Source: Octopus vulgaris
Lineage: Eukaryota
DNA: 64,000 nt
Reading direction: 5' to 3'
Assembly (NCBI GenBank): GCA_951406725.2
Contig: OX597815.1
Location: 106,144,001-106,208,000, forward strand
The position numbers and the translations under genes are program-made. Position 1 is the first letter of the stretch. Each line of letters starts with the position of its first letter. This document shows positions 1 to 13,009 of this stretch, piece after piece. The notes below the pieces were generated by a model. It did not search any database, was not told the DNA's origin, and saw only the letters and a program-made list of their open reading frames with translations.

Positions 1-1216
1 CTGACGCTGGAACTCAGCTCTGGGATTTCATTTCCTCTCCGGAACACCAATTCACCAGATCTATCTCTTCGCAGCTTCAGCCCCAGCACGGCTCCCCCTT
101 CAATCGACTCCGGTGGCTTAGCAATCAGTCCGAACTTCTCCAGATGTCTCACTACCTCGTCGGCTGGCACTACAGTTTCGTCCACCAAAATGTCGTCAAT
201 GTAGGAGCTGGTGGCCTTTCTAATCTTGCCGTCTTTCCCTAGGACGGACCTAAGCACTGCCGCCACGATCTTCGGAGTGGAATTTCAGCCCGAAACCCAG
301 CCTGGTTAGACAGTACGTCTGGCCCTTGTACCGCACCAGCTGATATCGCCATAGTTTGTCGCTCACATGGAGCTGCAAGTATGCCGATCTCAAGTCGACA
401 ATCGTCGCTGCCTCAGTCGACTGTCTCCACTTACGTAATGCCTCACCACAAACGTCTGTCGCCTCACCTCACCAGTCGTTGTAGGTGAATCCCTACATCA
501 TCGGGGAACCCATTCACGAACGCCAGTCGGGCTGCTCTCTCCAGTCCTTCTCCGGCAAACCCGGCCAGAGTCGCTAGCCTTCTAGCTTCCGATGCAAAAT
601 CATCCACCTGGCCTCCCGTCCACCTGATTGCACCCAGCTTAGCGAAAGCTGTGTACTCGCATTCCGTGTATGCGTCACACAAGCGCCGCTCTATATTCTC
701 ATCGCAGAGCCGTTCTTCTTCATCCATCTCTAGGTAAAGCGACAACGCACTCCCTTCCAAATACAGCACCATAAGACTCGCCACGTCGCTTATGCCCTGC
801 AGTCTCGCCACCAGCCTGATTTTCTGAATCCAGGCCACTACATCGCCTTCGCCGTTAAAAGGTCTGACGACGTCACTGGCAATCCTAATTTTTGCAGACA
901 TCGTGTTGAAAAAAAATGTGAACGCTGACGAACTGCCGAAATAGCTTGTAGTAGGGATGATGAAAGGAGCACAACAGAACAAGGAAAAGGAAATAGAAGT
1001 GCAATTAGGTCCTACCTGACCGGGGATGAAGTCGGATGGCCTTCAGCCAACTTGCTAACGTCTTGTCGTCTTCGTGTCTTCCTGGGGTCTGTCCCAACTC
1101 GTCGATGCCGCACGTGCGTTCTGTCTGTCACTTCCGCTTCTGCCGGCGCATGCGCCCTGCCAGACCTGCAAGCCCACTTCCGCTCCCCCCCATTCCGTCA
1201 CACTCCTTCATCAACA
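1..1216 (-). mobile_element. Internally deleted Ty3/Gypsy LTR retrotransposon (5' LTR 947-1216, gag fragment, RT fragment); runs off the window start
   Basis: TGTAG...CAACA-bounded 270-bp LTR-like block; gag-like ORF 464-901 (RPFNGEGDVVAWIQKIRLVARL); RT on minus strand 60-460 (VDLRSAYLQL...YCLTRLGFGL...YIDDILV) with a frameshift; GC-rich relative to host. Confidence 0.85.
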
Positions 1217-1773
1217 CACCACAATAGTAGAAGAGACAAGTGTTTAGGTGGAGATGGCACTCGACCAACCAATTCTGAAGAGCAGAAACCATTATTGCAG
1301 TGATACAAAAACAAAGAGGAGTTAGTGTGTCTATATGCCAGTCAGTCAAATATCCTAAATTTGGATGTGATTTAGAATGTCTGTATGTATATCAGCACCA
1401 CTGCTCCAGATGCAGTACTTCATGTGAGTCTTATTTGAACTTTGTAGAGGGTTAGCAGTTGTTAGTGGTTGAGACAAAGAGAACCAACCCTTGAGATGCT
1501 GTAATAAGGGATGATCTAGTGTCACATAACTGAGCCTCTATGTAGTCATTCAATCTGTTAGAAATAGTTGTAACATTTCCCTCAACTTACACCACTGGAT
1601 ATACAAAAAGATAGGATGGCCATAACTGGAACATCTATGTCAAACTGCTGGACCAGGTTTACATTGGGGTAGGGGGTTAAACAACAAAATATCCATAGCA
1701 TTCAATGCCAATGAGTGCAATCTGTCGTTTACAAATAATGAAATCTTACATTGTATCTTTATATTCTTATCAG

Positions 1774-1970
1774 ACACAGAACTGAAGCTTCATTTTGAAA
1801 TCCTTGATCATCATCTTGTCTATGGCAATGAGTTTTGTGGAAGCAACCCAAGCATTATCATGACTCCTGTTACAGAAAAATGTTTTTTATCAATATTCCT
1901 GGCCCTTCAGAATCTACAGCCAGTCTATCTCGTTGGAACACCTGATGTTGGAAAGAAGGAAACTATTAAG
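1774..1970 (+). CDS. Dynein HC exon: AAA1 start with degenerate Walker A
   Basis: tcag|ac...aag|gtgatt; [50 protein letters not shown]. Confidence 0.9.
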
Positions 1971-4526
1971 GTGATTCTTCACATGATTTCAAGTGTAATT
2001 CTCTTTCCTTTGTTGTTATAGAAATCAGCTGTGTAGTGGCAGGAAAAGTTGAGCGCCACACTAAGCATTTTGTGGTATTTGATATCATCCCTCTACAGTA
2101 TGAGTTCAAATTTTGTTTAGATCAACTTTACTTTTTGCTTTCCAGCATCAAAAGGAATAATTAATTATTTTATGTTGAAGCTAAGTGAATTAATCCTGCA
2201 TACTTTACAACTTTGGTCTTGTTATTAATACCTGTCACCTTGAAATTGATACCTAGCAGACCTTGATCTTATACCAGCTGTAATCCTTCTGTCTTTGCAA
2301 ACATAATGTATATAAATCACATTATACCAGCTGTAATCCTTTCTTTCCAAACAATGTATATAAGACCATATTATCCAGTTTCCTATTAAATTCTCTTTAC
2401 TTCTCCTATTTTCAGAGCCTTGCCAATGTCATTGCTCAATTTTACTATCTGCTGAAATGCAACCCACACTTTGATGCGTCAAGTATTCAAAGAATTATTC
2501 AAGGTTCTTCAATGGTAAACTGTTATATAAAACATTTTCACATTACATCTGTATTGCTTTGAGATTTTATTGCCCATTTGGTCCATTAATTCCTGTTTTT
2601 TATACTCTGACACTAAAAGTCATTAGGTTTCTTATGGCTTTTAACCTTACCTCATCATTCAATTTAATTCACATTTTAAATGTAAGTTTCATCATCATTA
2701 TTATTTAACATCTGTTGTCCATGCTGGCATGGGTTGGACGATGCGACCAGAGCTGGCACCAGACTCTAGTCTGGTTTGGCGTGGTTTCTATGGCTGGATG
2801 CCTTCCTAATGCCAACCACTTTACAGAGTGTGCTGGATGCTTTTACATGACACCGCAGGAGCACTTTTACGTGGCACCGTGTAGGTGCTTTTATGTGGCA
2901 CTGCACGGACGTTTTTACATGATACCATCTTGAATACATGTTTAAATAAAATGGAGATGCAAACATAAAGATATATGAAAGGAAGATTTCTGGAAGTTTT
3001 AATTTACTTAAATTATTATGCGTTCTTTAGATAACAAAGGTTGTTATAATTTTAGGTGTTGTTCAATATTAACTTTATTTAATTACAGGAAGAGGTGGGA
3101 ACTACAATGTTTTGGACTACATTTGATAGACTTGCTTTTGAAATGTTTTGCTTTTTAACAAAACAATTTCATTTTTTTTACAATTTTGCTTCAGCCTAGC
3201 GCCCACACACAATAGCTACACTGAGATGCTACAAACTTTAACGAAAATAATTTTAGTGCAAAAAAGGCTAAAGATGAAGGAGGTTTCCAAGTGGAAGTTG
3301 TGTCAATTTTTTAAAAGAGTAGTGGGATAAATGATTTACCATTTGTTGAGAGATATTTGGTTGCTATTTCTAAGGATTCGCATGATTTGCAGAAGCTGTG
3401 TAGCTAATTGCATAATAAGCAGAAATGTAAAAAAAAATCAAATCTGTAAGGTATCAAATGAATATCAGTCCTGTCAGATGAGTCTGAAATTGTATTGGCT
3501 CTGAATTGTGTGCTTTGTTCAGTCTTAAAGCAATGCCTGCAGTAACATAGTTTGAATTTATGATGAAATTATCAATAATCTACTACTTAAACATCAGAGC
3601 TAACATTATTTCCTTTCTAATTCCTAGGAAGGATGTTGGCTCTGTCTTGCTGATGGAAATAAGCTTTCACATAAATCTTTAGATGTTGTGATGGACCAAG
3701 TTGCTATGATTGTAGATGCTGTCAGAGTAAATAACAATGTGGTAGAAGATATCTTCAGGAAATTGGTAATTAATCAACATAATTTTTTTCTTTCTTTCCT
3801 TCAAAATATTTTTTTTTAAGTTTATTATATATACCCTAGTATTTTGTGATCCTACACAGACAAAAGGTATAGTTGACTGGGCATAAAGAGAGGTGACATG
3901 GAATAAAATACTACAAGAACCTGCTGGTTCTGCCATACTGCTCCATCACAGGTATACATCCTGTCGTCTTTTGTACAGTTTCTCTACACCAAATTTCATT
4001 CATTAAGAATTTGGTTAACCTGTAGTTTCGTGCCCAAGATACTATACTGTTATATCAGTGGTGGTGGTGGTGGTGCTGCTGCTGCTGCTGTTATTATTAT
4101 TATTACTGGTGAGCTAGCAGAATCATTACCATACCAGACAAAATGCTTAGTAGCATTTCTTCTAACTTTACATTCTGAGTTCAAATTCAACTGAAGTCGA
4201 CTTTGCCTTTCATCCTTTCGGGGTCTATAAATTAAGTACCAATGGAGTACTGGGATTGATGTAATTGACTAGATCCCTCCCACAAAATTGCAGGCCTTGT
4301 GCCTTTAGTAGAAAGGATTATTATTATTATTATTATTGAGTGAGAGAGCAGTGCATGTCATCAAAGTGACACTGGGGTAAAATATACGAAGCCCAGTATA
4401 CCCATCATGACTACCTGTCTGATAAGGGTACACCAGGCACATGCATCACAACCATATATGTGCAACATGGTGATCTCATATCAAAATAAACAGTGCATGA
4501 CTTTGCAGATGGGGCCCTTATTATTA

Positions 4527-4567
<41 letters not shown>

Positions 4568-5178
4568 AATTTTAAGGTTGGAAAACATTCTTTCAACTAC
4601 ATCTTGTAATTTCTGAAATGATATTCTGTCTATCTCTTCCGTATTCCAATTTGAAGAAAAATATGAGAAATAAACAATTTGATTAATGTTTCTGCCTATA
4701 AACTAGTTGTGAATAAAGAGAATTATTGTCATAGTTTTTTTTTTTAATTTTCATAATTTCAAATATTTCATTCTGCTATTATTTTCATTTTCATTCAAGA
4801 TTGATATACAAGGTACCTGTGTGTGTATGTGTGTGTGTTTGTGTGTGTGTAATCTCATCATTGCCATGGCTGTTGCTGCCATTTTTCCATCTCCAAAGTT
4901 TTACATTCTCCCTTTCACTGATTTTCTTGTAGACATATAAAGTGAATCCAAGAACTGCTTTCTTTATGACCGCAACATTCTCTGAGGAATCAAACTGGTA
5001 CTCTGCTCGGAACGTTAAATCTGTGTTTCGAACAGTGACACTCCTTAAACCGGATACTTACTATATTTTAAGAGGATATTTTATCTCTGCTGGTTTCAAG
5101 TTTGGCAATATTTTGGCAGGAAAATTACTAGAGATTGTCTCTTTAGCTGAACTTCAACTGTAAGTAAATAACAATGCA

Positions 5179-5216
<38 letters not shown>

Positions 5217-8200
5217 CTGTGTATATCATCATCATTTCATGTTCATGTTCCATACTTGCATGGGGTGGATGACTTGACAGAATCCAGCTGCATCACACTC
5301 TAATATCTACTTTGGCATTTTTTCAACAGCTGGATACCCTTCCTAATGCCAAACACTTTTCAGCATATTCTGGGTGCTCTTTTCTTTTGTGTGTGTGTGC
5401 CAGCATTAGTGAGGTCACTATGCAGCCTTCAAGACTAAGATCCCCTTTGACTGAGTAGTAGTAGTACTAGTAGTACTAGTAGTAGTACAGAGAAAGAAAA
5501 GAGAAAAGATGGACAAAAGAGTGAAAGGGAGAAGACATGGTTGTGTAGGCTGTAAGAGTATGGGACAGACATAGTGCACAGGGGGAAGGGGAGACATATA
5601 GTGATGGAGGAGAGGTAATTTGATAAATATATATATATATATATATCATCATCATCATCATCATCATCATGCTTGACTAAAACTGGTAAGCTGGAGAGTT
5701 GCACCAGGTTACAGTCTGATTTGGCATGGTTTCTACAGCTTGATGCCCTTCCTAGTGCCAACCACTCCAAGAGTGTAATGAGTACTTTTTACATGCCACC
5801 AGCACAGATGCCATTTATGTGACACCAGCAATGGCTATAATTACAATTTCACAGGTGCCTTTTACATAACACTGGCAACAGCTACAACTATGGTCTCACT
5901 TGGCTTGATGAATCTTCTCAAACACAGCATATCTCCAAGGTCTCAGTCACTTGTCATTACCTCCATAAAGCCCAACATTTGAAGATCATGCTACTGGCAA
6001 CAGCCACAATTATGATTTCACAGGTGCCATTTACATGACACCAACAATGGCCACAACAACAATTTCACTTGGCTTGATGAGTCTTCTCATATATATATGT
6101 CATCATCATCATTTAATATTCATTTTCCATGCTGGCATGCTTTGGATTGTTTGACTGGAGCTGGTAAAGCCAGGGCCTGCACCAGGCTCCATCGTCTGTT
6201 CTCGGTTTCTAACGCTGGATGCCCTTCCTAATGCTAACCATTCCACTGAGTGTACTGGACGCTTTTTATGTGGCACCAACAGAAGAATTTAAAACAGGCT
6301 GCCCCTGAGAGCTTCTCTATGCTGATGACCTTGTTCCTATAGCTGAACCACTACCCAAACTTGAGAAGAAGTTTCGGGTATGGAAGCAAGGTCTAGAATC
6401 AAAAGGTTTTAGAGTTAAACTAGCAAAAACCAAAGTCTAAGTAGGTAGGAAGGCAGACAAATCACAAATCCCTACAGGTAGGTAACCCTGCTCGATCTGT
6501 AGAAAAGGCGTAGGTTGAAACTCCATAAGATGCACCCAGTGTAAGCTTTGGACACATAAATGGTGCAGCAATATCAGAGGAAGGCTAACGGGGAAAAAAT
6601 AGCTTTTGTGTATGGAAGATGCACAGATACAATAAACACTGAAAATGTACAAAAAATAGGTTCCATCAACTGCTGGTGGGGTAAGCTAGAGGTAGTAGAT
6701 AACTTCCATTATCTAGCTGACCAAGTTAGTAGCAGAGATGGATGATCCAAGAGCATAGCTGTAAGAATAAGAATAGGCTGAGAAAAGTTCAGAGAGCTCC
6801 TACTTCTGCTAGCAACAAAGGGTCACTCCCTCAGAGTGAAAGGCAGATTGTTTGATGCCTGTGTGCAAATAGCTATGCTACATGGCAGAGAAACATGGGC
6901 TGTAACAGCCAAGGACATACATAGGCTTGACAGAAATGAAGCCAATGTTTCACTGGATGTGCAATGTCAGTGTGCATGTTCGACAGAGTGTAAGCATCAT
7001 GAGAGAAAAGTTAGGCATAAGAGACATCAGATGTGGTGTGCAAGAGAGGCGACTGCACTGATATGGTCATTTGACACATGGTCGAGGACAACTGTGTAAA
7101 GAAGTGCCAATCTCTAACTGTGGATGGAACATGTGGTAGAGGTTGACCCAGGAAGACATGGGATGAGGTGGTGAAGCATGATCTTCTGAACTTTGTGCCT
7201 TACAGAGGCAATGACTGAGAGTTTGGCAATATGCTGTGCTTGAGAAAATCTATCAAGTGAAGTGAAATTGTAGTTTTGGCCAATGCTGGTGTCACGTAAC
7301 TTGCGTCTCAGCCAGTAGCATGTAAAAAGCACCTTTCAAGTGTTGGGCCTCACACAGACAAATGGCTGATGCCAGTGGCATGTGAAAAGCTCCTTTCAAG
7401 TGTTGGGCCACATATATTTAGTATTCTTCCCTTTACTTCAGCAATGTTATCCATTCATACTGCATGTAACACACAAAATGAATGCTGATTCAAGAACATA
7501 TGTATGATGCTTTTTCTACTGTATATATGGATTACATAGTGACTTCACAAACAAAACATGAATTACAACACATTCTTATACAAATACTGGTTTTAGTAAT
7601 ATTGTGATTTGAATCTATTTTTTTCTGTATGCATTGGTAAACCTTTGGAAGAATAAAAGCTGTTAAACTACTTTGAATTATATTACCATTTGGGGATGTA
7701 AAGGTCTACTTCCGGTGATATGTAAAAAAGAAAGAAAAAACTGATGTATAAGTTTTATCAGTCCACTCGCAATATCTTTTATATTGCTTTTCATTGGTGC
7801 CCATAACTCTATGCTTCTGAGCTCTATGTAGCCATATCTTCTCACCAAAATATGGTTGAAATCTCATACTTTCTCACCTGTAATTAAAACCTCATCAGCT
7901 GTAGCATAATTGAACTCAAATTCCCTGTTGTTCAGGCTTCATCATCATTAGCACAGCTGAACTCTCATACTTTCATACTCATTAATATTCATTGGTTCAG
8001 TTTATTCTTGCTTTTTATTGGAATAAGTACTATTTGGAAATATTACCAATGAGACACTTGTATCCAAGGAATACTTTTCTTTCGTCCACTTTGTACCAGA
8101 GCTAAGCACTAACCTTCAAAAATTCCTGAGCCCTCAGGAAACATTTACACTATTATATTTCAATTCATTGCATGATTAACTGGATATAAAACAGTAAAAA

Positions 8201-11200
8201 AACAAAAATTATTTATGAAATAGTCATGTTAATGATTGTTTGATTGTTCAGGTAATATTTTATTAATATTTTAAAATGAATTCTTCAATTATTTTCTTTA
8301 GCATATCATCAGAATGTCAGATACCCAGTTTTACTTTGTCATCAATGATAGCCACCATAAGACGAGCTCAACAAATTAGAAAAACTCTTGAGGAAAAGTA
8401 TGGAGAGAAACCTAACACAGTACGACCAGAAAGTCAGGTGTCAACATCAACCAGCAAAGGCAAGGATTGTTATATCTTCTCAACTTTTATTTTATATTGA
8501 CTGTGTATTATAATACCATAGAGTGGTATTGATAATATGTGAATAACATCAATATCTATCTTTTATGGGTAGCTATTTTTTACAGATAACTTTTGAAATT
8601 TTAAAACAGCAAAACAACATCTTTGACCCTACAAACTACTAGGCTCTATCATCTCCAGTTTCTTTATTCAATAGTAGAATTTCTGTTAGTGGTTTGCTTT
8701 TTTATTGTCATATATTGCTTGCTCTTGAAATCTTGTCAAGAGCAGTTTTGTTGCACTTTGCATTAAACAAGGCTTTAAATGCCCTTGATAAAAGAACCAA
8801 TAAAATTGCCTGCTGTGAGATCCATGCATCTCTTGTATTAGAAGACCTTAACATGGCATTTCAATATGCATATAAACCAGGTTCTTTTTATACCTATTCT
8901 ATCTACTGTGATGTACCTTAACATTCACATGTATCTTCCTCACTGTTCATTATGTGTATTAATGACTTGCTTCTTCTAACTATACATATGCTCCTACACT
9001 ATCTTTCATTCCTCTTTAGACTTTCATTTACAGCTTAAGTATTTGTTGCTAAACATTCATAATGTATATGAACAGAGACTTTGAAAATGTCTTCTAATAG
9101 CAACATGAAATCTAGTGTCATCTATGTTGTTATATCACCTGTAATAAATTATAGTATTGAATAAAATAAGAATAGAATTTCACCAATTAACTGTTATCAG
9201 GAATGTTTCCAAGTTGCAATGTGTTTGTTTCATGTCAATTTTTTATAAAAGTATAAGTTAGACAAATTCATGTTACTGAGGCTTTGTTCTTCCAGCTAGA
9301 TGCTCTTCCCATCATTAACACTTGCTTGTTTTCAAATCAGGGATTTTTCATTCTATCTGTCTTTGAAAGAACAGAAGTAGCAGACAACTTGTTGACAGAA
9401 AACATCAACAAATATTGCAGTTTGTAACTCAGCACTTTTTTTTACACAAAATACAGAATGTAAACATTCACTCAGACACACAAACATCTGCACATACACA
9501 TGTGCATGCACACACTCTCACACAATATACATACTCATAGGATGGCATATAGCAGAAGTCACTTGCTCAAGATGTTTCACAAGGGAACTGAACCTGAAAC
9601 CATGCATGGAGAAATAAACTTCTTAAACACATAACTGATGGAAATGCAGATAGACACTACTTTCAGATACATCTAACACTCAGAGCTGAACTTCTGTCCC
9701 CTTCTATATAAATGTTATCAATTAAAGGTATCTATGGTCAGACTTATGATGTTATTGTCTTCTCTATTGCAGCAACACCCAGTACCACATCAAGACAGTC
9801 TCAGATCAGTTTAACAATAAAAGAGTCTTCAGAAAATCTTACTAGAGATATAGATCTGTCTACATTACTACAATCTATTGAAGAGACATTATATCCAGCT
9901 TTAGACAATAATGTAAGTATCAACTTGTTTCCTCTCAATAATTGTCTGCAGCTGTTGGTTCACTATCAAGCTGTGCCTGCTCTTTGTTTTCTCTGTTGCT
10001 ACAACATCCTAGTACTTGAACTTATTGACGCTCTCTCTTTCTCTCTCTCTCTCTCTCTTCCTTTCTCTCTCTCTCTCTTCCTTTCTCTCTCTCTCTCTCT
10101 CTCTTCCTTTCTCTCTCTCTCTCTCTTCCTTTCTCTCTCCTTCCTCTCTCTTTCTTTGTGTGTGTGTGTGTGCATACATGCATATCTGTCATTTGCCGCT
10201 AGCTTTTTTCAATGTATTTATTAAACCTCCTTTAGACTGTCTCCCAACTCATCTTCAAGATTCCATACTGAATATTCTACCTTATATTTCTTCTACACAA
10301 TTCGTCCTCTGGAGCTTCATTCTCTCTTATATTTTCATATCTACCAATCACCTTTTCAATACCAACCTACATGGGGCTACCTTTGGCTCTTTGTTACCAA
10401 CCTACTTTAAATTGTCTGTTTTAAAATAGTCATATTTATCTTAAAATCTTCATTAAAATTTATTGTTACATGTATGATGGTTTCTGACATAGGTACAAGG
10501 CACAGGAGTTTTTGAAAGGGATGTACTTGATCAGAGTGACTCCAGTATTTCATTTTATCAGCCCTTGAAGAATAAAAAGCAAATCTGAAAAGTATTAAAT
10601 CTAACACTATGAATTCTGCTAATCTAATAATTAACATAAAATTTCCAGAGGTTTTGGGAACCTTTTGTTAAATTGTGTTCCAAACAACAGATTTATGATG
10701 TTATAGCTATTTTACTATCTCTACCATCTAAATTTTGGGTCATTTGGAAAATTAATCAAAACACATAAATAGTGTATTATTGTTAGAAGAAAAATCATAA
10801 GAGGGGTTAAATTGAATATTAAATCCCAGTAGTTATCCTAATTATTCATGGCTCTTCCTGTTTAAAAGGGTCTGATAACACTATAAGATTTCCATCCCAG
10901 ATTAATGAGAAGATACATCAAGATTACAAAAGATACATAAGAAATTAAAGCTATATTTAATTTACTTTTGATATAGTTTCTACCAAGAATAGTAATGAAA
11001 TTTTTATTCCTTAACCTTTTAGCATTTAAACAAGTCATATCCAGCCCAAATATTCTACCTGTTAGATGTTTGAATTTACCAGACAACTCTACAATGGCAT
11101 TGTAAAATTAAACAATCACATCATTGAAATCTTGAAGCTTAGAGATAATGTTTGATTAATTTAAAACAAAGTGAATAAATTAGCATTACATTTGACAGTG

Positions 11201-12941
11201 TAATCTGAATGTTAAAAGGTTAAATAAAACTTATCAACTACTTTTTTTACATATAGATCTTGTTAATCTTCACTCCACAATTTCATGTTTTATCTTCTTC
11301 ACCTTTATTTCCACTACAGATTTTAAATTTATTATTTATTCTTTGTTCTTCATTTCAGATATATTTCCTCTCTGTTTTGCAATAATTTACATTAAAACAG
11401 AGCATTTCAAAATAAAATGCATGCATCAAAGAACACTCACAGATACACCTCTTAACATGTCTGCTTATATTGAGAATTTTTTTTTGGTATTGATGAGTGA
11501 TATTCATACTTTGCCCAAATATATTACTAACTTGTGTGCATGCACACATTTTAAACATATAAAGTCTTACTATAAAAGCAGCTCTTAGTATAAAGAGAAC
11601 ATTTTATCTATGAAGTTTATTTGCATTTCCATTCCTCATAGAACTATATACTTCAAAGACTATTCATCACATTTTAATGATTATTTCCAGGTATTGATTA
11701 AATTCCAAGACCTAGTGAGTGCATGCATATATGGAACTTCTTGTATACCAAACAAATCTTCTTTGAAGTCCTTAGATTTAGAAAACGTTATCTCTGAAAA
11801 AGTAAATCAAAAGAATTTGACAGTAAATGAAGAATGGCTTGCAAAATGTTTACAGTTAAATAATCTCTCCAATAACTTTGATGGTAATTTGTGCATATCA
11901 GCAACTTCTTTTTTTTAAACATTTAACTTATTTTCATTTCATTTCAAATCTAAAATGGATCTTTTCCTTCACATAGACATTAAATTCTGTTTTCAAAATA
12001 ACATTATTTTTTAAAAATAACATTAACCTTTAAACATGTTATTTTCAAACCAGTATTTTAAGCTTTTGTCACCTGTCTGTTAAATCTAGACATAAGATTT
12101 TTTTAATTACAATTCACCATATATATGTATGAATGTGTGGTGAGGTGGGTAGACAGGCTTTAGCCATATAACTATGCTTGCATCTGCTTATATTTTATAA
12201 AGTGGAGATGATTTTATGGTTTTGTCAAGAGGAAGGGACAGAGCTCATGATATTCAAAGACCTTCCAATATTGGCAAAATCAGTACTGTTTATGTTTGGC
12301 TTAATCCTTTAGCATTTAAACTGGTCATATCCAGCACAAATATTCTACTTGATTTATGTTCAAACTGGCCAGATCCAGCCTCTCACACCTACCCTAGAAT
12401 GTCATTCTAAAAATATACAATCACATCATTCAAATCTCAAAACTTCATGATAATGCATGATTAATTCAAAACAATGTGTATAAATAAGCATTACATTTGA
12501 CTGAAAAATGTGGGTGCTCTCTCAGACATTTACTTTTCCATATTTTATCAAATAATTTCATTTGACATATGCAACATCCACATACAAGTACATTTTTTCA
12601 TCATTTCATTTCTTCAGAACACCATTCCTCATACAGATTCTATTTCTATATAGGTATTTTAATGGTTGGCCCTCCTGGAAGTGGTAAGACAACATGTCTC
12701 CAAACTTTGGTTGAAGCTTTCAATGAAAGCCAGCAAATAAAAAGTATTTCCAAGAATACTATGAAAACATCACATTCTAACAATTATAAACTTACCAGAA
12801 TCAATCCAATGTCATTTGAAAGTTTGGAACCAATATTTGGTTGGATGGATTTGAATTCACAATTCATTGATGGATTTTTTATGTCATCTTTCAAGAAAGC
12901 AAGCAAGGTAGGATGTATATACCTGTGTTTCTACTTTATAA

Positions 12942-13009
<68 letters not shown>

